This document shows positions 63,201-64,000 of a DNA stretch of 64,000 nt, in pieces (the stretch's first letter is position 1; each line of letters begins with the position of its first letter). The DNA comes from an uncultured Planctomycetota bacterium (GTDB lineage: Bacteria; Planctomycetota; Planctomycetia; Isosphaerales; Isosphaeraceae), in contig CAVTTN010000002.1 of assembly GCA_963737655.1 (NCBI GenBank), forward strand, positions 4,224,001 through 4,288,000, written 5' to 3'. Below the pieces are notes generated by a model. It had not been told where the DNA came from and did no database searches. It saw nothing but the letters and a program-made list of their open reading frames with translations. Made by a program: the position numbers and the translations under genes.

Positions 63201-63782
63201 TCTTGAGCATTACCTCGAGAGGACCAGGCTCGCGATGGGGCCTTATCGCCCCGAACATCCCTACGTCCTCGGCGCCCTGAGGAGGCTGGCGGGCGCCTAC
63301 GTCGCCTTCGGCCAGGACGACAAGGCGAAGGCCCTGGTCCGCGACCAGGCGTCGCGGTATCCGGGAGGGGCCGCGCCGGGTCCCTCCCGGCCGCCCACGC
63401 CTCCGCCTGGCTGGGCGAGGCGTACCTGGCGAGTGGTCGATGGAAGGAGGCCGAGACCTCTCTGCGAGACGCCCTGAATACCCTCCAGGCCCGGGAGCCC
63501 GACCTCTGGACCACCTTCGACGTCCGATCCATGCTCGGCTGGGCCGTTCTCTATCAAGGCAATTACGCCGACGCCGAACCCCTCCTCCGCGACGGTTTCG
63601 AGGGACTCAGGACGCGCGCCGCGAACATCCCCGAACGCGAGCGAGGCCGGGTCGGCAAGGCCGTCGATCGCCTGATCGTGCTGGCCGAGGCCAAGAAGCA
63701 ACCCGAGGAGGTCGCCCGCTGGAAGGCCGAGAAGGCGAAGCCGCTCGACACCAACCCCAAACCCGCCGCCGCCGGGAAATAG
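60215..63782 (+). CDS. Hanks-type Ser/Thr protein kinase with TM and TPR repeats (frameshifts near 62460 and 63380)
   Basis: LGEGGMGTVY, VALK, HRDLKPTN, DFG, GTPLYMAPEQ, DIYSLG; TM VVAASVVLLALLVGIAG; kinesin-light-chain-like TPRs. Confidence 0.93.
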
Positions 63783-63910
63783 GCCCTCGCGAACCGACCG
63801 ACGGCCGGTCCCGTCCACCGAGCCGTGGAGCCGACGAGCGACGGGGGTATGACTCTCGAACCTGGATCGTCCCCAGGGTCAATCGGTTGTTCAAGTTGGA
63901 GCCTTTGACG

Positions 63911-63950
63911 CCCTTTCCCCCGCCTCGGGGGAGGGGGTCGGGGTGAGGGG
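63911..63950. repeat. REP-like element CCCTTTCCCCCG...CGGGGGAGGGG...GGGGTGAGGGG
   Basis: Short palindrome followed by the GGGGTGAGGGG tail typical of a widespread REP class. Confidence 0.6.
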
Positions 63951-64000
63951 GCCGGTTCGCCCGAAGGACCGGTGACTCAGGGGCTTCGACCTGGCCGAGC

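Noticed and set aside
1498..63532. Numerous long antisense or overlapping ORFs (e.g. 1498..3417, 10689..13478, 20994..24008, 42649..45474, 60134..62536)
   Set aside because: Typical high-GC shadow ORFs opposite well-supported genes, with no recognisable motifs
1..64000. rRNA, tRNA, transposase, integrase or prophage genes
   Set aside because: None recognised by eye; a covariance-model scan would be needed to exclude small RNAs

Overview
High-GC (roughly 70% by eye) bacterial chromosome segment. Gene content and repeat families point to Planctomycetota, probably Isosphaeraceae-like (inference). The left ~37 kb is housekeeping and envelope: ftsY, PHP, nusB, trypsin-TPR protease, GT2s, crtI/crtN-like desaturase, fmt/def, an AAA+/VWA pair split by a VapBC module, two ArnT/PMT-type glycosyltransferases, dgkA, LptD-like protein, FAD/Fe-S oxidoreductase, folE, nth and an OpgC-like acyltransferase. 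37.3-56.5 kb is a partial, atypical type VI secretion locus: DUF6931-like gene, vgrG, tssK, tssL and a short tssM with no periplasmic domain. Between vgrG and tssM lie two paralogous ~1600-1700 aa membrane-anchored proteins with catalytically degenerate caspase-like domains (one with a VWA domain, one with a C-terminal Ig-like domain), and a candidate beta-rich effector lies upstream of tssK. The right end holds a second VapBC pair and a Ser/Thr kinase-TPR gene. About 13 frameshifts, mostly single-base indels at G/C runs, interrupt otherwise intact genes and most likely reflect long-read consensus errors. Intergenic DNA contains a nested mosaic of REP/REPIN-like inverted repeats (266-831) and a heptamer-based hairpin (24521-24712). 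No rRNA, tRNA or CRISPR array was recognised. All family assignments come from motif recognition by eye, not database searches.
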